From Octopus sinensis (lineage: Eukaryota), in assembly GCF_006345805.1 (NCBI RefSeq), contig NC_043014.1, forward strand, positions 6,696,001 through 6,760,000: 64,000 nucleotides of DNA, written 5' to 3'. This document shows positions 60,212-64,000 of the stretch, one piece after another. Below the pieces are notes generated by a model. The model was given only the letters and a program-made list of their open reading frames with translations. It did no database searches and was not told the DNA's origin. Position numbers and translations under genes: made by a program. Position 1 is the first letter of the stretch; each line of letters opens with the position of its first letter.

Positions 60212-60388
60212 TTTACTTGTTTCAGCCATCAGACTGTGGCCATGCTGGGGTACTGCTATGAATGATTTTTTTTAGTCAAATTAGTTTCTTTTTAAGCCAG
60301 ATACTTATTTCATCAGTACCTTTTGCAAAGTTACAGGGACATAAACACACCAACACCTGATGACAAGTGGTGGCAGGAGACAAGTACG

Positions 60389-60419
<31 letters not shown>

Positions 60420-60559
60420 ATATATGCAGAGGACTTCTTTTCAGTTTCTGTCAACCAAATCCATTCACGAGGCTATGGTCTGCTCAAAGGCATAATTACA
60501 TCCAGCTAATTACATCCATCCAGCTAACAACAGCTGAATATTACAAGTACTTGTAATAT

Positions 60560-60990
60560 TCACCCTGGGCGGGTTGAGTCGGCTTCTTCTACTCATGGAA
60601 GAAGTTTCGTTGGAATATGTGGATTTCACAAGTGGTCCCCAACAATCCCGCATGTGGAGACATCCTGTTTGCCACAGATTGTCTGCAGACGCAGGGATAG
60701 AACGACCAAGGAGCCGCCGGTTGCCAAAGCAGACACTCTGAGGATTTTCACCAGAGCCCCGTCTGCTGGGTTGTGGCCCTAATACCACTCGGTGTCACAC
60801 CAATCCGCCTTGGGTGGCCCTACCAGGAACCTAAGTTCCCGACAGCATAGCTCTGACAATACCCATTGCCACCATCCCCACCACAGTGAGGAGGGTATTG
60901 GACTTTGGGGATATTACAAGCCCAGTACCTTGCCCTTCCTGGTGCCCTACACATTGAAATTTCTATATTCTAATGAGTCTTACAACTGAA
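60560..60990 (+). mobile_element. Possible RTE-type LINE 5'UTR fragment
   Basis: TTGGGTGGCCCTACCAGG...CAGCATAGCTCT...CCACCAC resembles recalled RTE/BovB 5' regions; no ORF support. Confidence 0.3.
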
Positions 60991-60997
60991 AATATAA

Positions 60998-61035
<38 letters not shown>

Positions 61036-61841
61036 TCATCATCATCGTTTAACATCTGCTTTCCATGCAAGCATAGGTTGGACGATTTGACTGAGGTCTG
61101 GTGAACCAGACGGCTGCACCAGGCTCCAATCTGATCTGGCAGAGTTTATACAACTGGATGCCCTTCCTAACTCCAACCACAATGAGAGTGTAGTGGGTGC
61201 TTTTATATGCCACTGGCACGAGGGCCGGTCAGGCGGCAACGGCTACGCTCAAATGGTGTTTTTTTACATGTCACCTGCACAGGGTCCAGTCCAGCGGCAC
61301 TGGCAACGACCTCGCTTGAATGGTTTTTCCCAGGCCACCAGCACAAGTGCCAGTAAGGCAACACAGATAATGATCACGCTCGTATGGTGCTTTTTACGTG
61401 CCACCGGCATGGAGGCCAGTTTGTTGCTATGTATGCAGAGAGAGAGAGATGAGAGTAATGAATAATAAGGCCTGCACAATTTATTTTCAATCAATTAGGA
61501 GTGTCATAACAAAAGCCTCTAATTTCCTCTCTTTCACCCGTAGAGAATCTTTATTCCTCACATTGCTAATTATAGGGGCTTGTTAGCAGGAATAATTAAG
61601 TTTTGTACTAGTTAATGAATTGCTCCTATCTCTCACTACTTTCATATATATACATATATAAATAAACATGTGTGTGTGTGAAGGATTTTATATGAACAAA
61701 TCGACCCTAGAACTTATTTTCTTTTAAGCCTAGTACTTATTCTATCGGTCTCTTTTGCCAAACCGCTAAGTTACAGGGACATAAACACACCGAGACCAGT
61801 TATCAAGCTGTGATGGGTGGACAACACAGACAGAAAGACAC

Positions 61842-61872
<31 letters not shown>

Positions 61873-62839
61873 CGGTGGGCTTCTTTCAGTTTCCGTCTAC
61901 AAAACCCTGTCACAAGGCTTTGGTCATCCCAAGTTTATAGTAGAAGACAATTGCCCAAGGTTCCACGCAGTGGGACCTTTTTTCTGTCAAGGGCCTATAT
62001 GCCCCTTTATTAGACTATTTTCCTTAGTCATTGCAAGGTGATCGTCATAAGCTTTAAGCTTATATAAAAATACCGTTATTATTATTTACAAGATTGTAAA
62101 TTACAACGCTGTATAACAAAACCATTAGCACCAAAAGCATATATATATATATAATATATAGCAAGTGAAAAACTGATTTTATATTGGATTGGTACCCACT
62201 ACACTCTCGGAGTGGTTGGCGTTAGGAAGGGCATCCAGCTGTAGAAACTTTGCCAGATCAAGATTGGAGCCTGGTGCAGCCTTCTGGTTTGCCAGACATC
62301 AGTCAAATCGTCCAACCCATGCTAGCATGGAAAGCGGACGTTAAACGATGATGATGATGATATATAGATAGGTAAAGAGAGAGAGAGGGACATGTACTTA
62401 TATACATGTGTGTGTCTGTGTGTCCTCAATTAAAGAAAGCAACTTACAAACAAGAACACTTGACTAGAATTTCATGACAAAGTGGTGAGGCAGATGGTGG
62501 TGGTGGTGGTGGTGGTGGTGGGGCGAGTAATAGAGGGTAGTCTTGAAACAGAGAGGGTGGAGGGGTGTGGAACTGGGGTGGATTTTAAAGCAGGGAATTT
62601 GACAAAAGGGTGGATGTCAGGCAAAAGAGTGATAATAAGTAGGATCTTTGCACCCCTACCTGCCCCCCCCTCTCTGAAGTTGTGGGAATTGTGAGTAGGT
62701 TTGCCTCTGGTATGACCTGAGATGTTGCCCCCCACCCTAGAAAAGGTATTTGCTGAGTGTGGGGTGGGAGGGCATTGTATGTGAGGGTGGGTGGGACAGT
62801 GTAATGGTTAATAAAGAGGGATGAGAGAAACAAATGTTA

Positions 62840-63420
62840 GAAGTGGTTGGGTGGGGATGAGTGTAAGGGGGGAGGTAGAGAGAGGGGGAGAGGTGAAGAA
62901 AGAAAAAAAGAAAGAAATGAAGGAAGGAAGAAAGAAACAGAGAGAGGGAAAGAAATAGAGAGGGGAAAAAGAGAGGGAAAGAAAGAAAGAAACAAAGAAA
63001 GAGAGAGAAACAAAGAAAGAGGGAACAGAAAGAAAGAAAGAAAGGAAGGAAGGAAGAAAGAAAGAAAGGATGGAAGAAAGAAACAGAGAGAGAGAGAGAG
63101 AGAGAACAGAGAGAGTGAGAAAGAAACAATGAGAGAAGGGGAAAAAGAGAGGGAAAGAAAGAAAGAAACAGAGAGAGAAAAAGAAAGAAAGAGAGAAATG
63201 AAACAAGAGAGAGAGAAAGAAAGAAAGAGAGAAATGAAACAAGAGAGAGAGAAAGAAAGAAAAAGGAAGGAAGAAAGAGAGAAAAGAGACAAAGAGAAAA
63301 AGAGAAACAAGTATAAAATAGAAGAGAAAGAGAAAGAAAAGAGAGAGAGAGACATAAAGACAGAAGAGAGAAAATGAAAGAGAAAAAATGAATAGAAAAA
63401 GAACAGAAAATATGAGGGAG
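62840..63420. repeat. A/G-rich low-complexity tract
   Basis: Directly visible (AAAG/AG repeats). Confidence 0.95.
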
Positions 63421-64000
63421 ATTTAAGGACAGAAACAAGCTTAAGAACATCAACCCACCCACCCACCCATGCCCATCCACCAAATTAATATTCTTAAAAA
63501 ACAGTCTCCCCCCCCCTTAACCGATTTTTTATGAACCAAGGCAGCTGTTGAGTTTTGCTAGCAAAACTAAGTTAACAGGATTTAAGTATGTGGCCGGGGG
63601 GGGGGGGGTTCTCTGGTTCCTTCCCCCCACCCATACACCCCCTCCTTGCTATCAAAACTAGAACGAAAAACACAAGAACCAAGGTCACTGGCTCCAGACG
63701 GGTAGAAATAGCAGCAAAATTCCATTAAATCACTGTCTTAAAATATACACATAGACATACATAGATATGTTTCTTTATTACCCACAAGGGGCTAAACACA
63801 GAGGAGACAAACAAGGGCAGACAAACGGATTAAGTCGATTACATCGACCCCCAGTGCGTAACTGGTACCTTGACCACATAAGAAAAATAATTGGTTTGCT
63901 GATTTCTATAAACAAGAGCCACAAATTCTTGTTAGATTCATTTGTCCAGAACAGCTTTGACTGAAGAGATACAGCAATGTTGAAACACCAAGTGTCCCAA

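Noticed and set aside
62737-63483. Long ORFs on both strands (F/L/S-rich or E/R/K-rich)
   Set aside because: Translations of an AG-rich low-complexity tract; no splice or homology support.

Overview
Repeat-rich animal genomic DNA, most consistent with an octopus/coleoid cephalopod; this is inferred from the SINE/RTE repeat landscape and (AT)n/(GAT)n microsatellites, not from a database match. Three protein-coding genes can be reconstructed. (1) MTERF4 (+, single coding exon 8654-9796). (2) NIT2 omega-amidase (+, 9 coding exons, 21157-41258, 275 aa). (3) PCBD/DCoH pterin-4a-carbinolamine dehydratase (-, 4 coding exons, 58232-50568, 106 aa), convergent with NIT2. The rest is mostly mobile DNA: a decayed hAT transposase with a nested hAT MITE, MULE/pogo/foldback MITEs, CR1 and RTE LINE fragments, a Penelope-like element (RT + GIY-YIG), a Helentron-like element, several tRNA-derived SINE families, and SINE/LINE-derived tandem arrays (27 x 85 bp, 7 x 67 bp, ~180-bp multimers). 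Top leads: a genomic Gln (CAG) at the normally invariant Arg next to the NIT2 catalytic Lys, which one A-to-I edit would restore; minimal hammerhead-ribozyme motifs in Penelope-type repeats, including one in NIT2 intron 2; and a SINE supplying the MTERF4 stop codon. Repeat boundaries are approximate and were read by eye.
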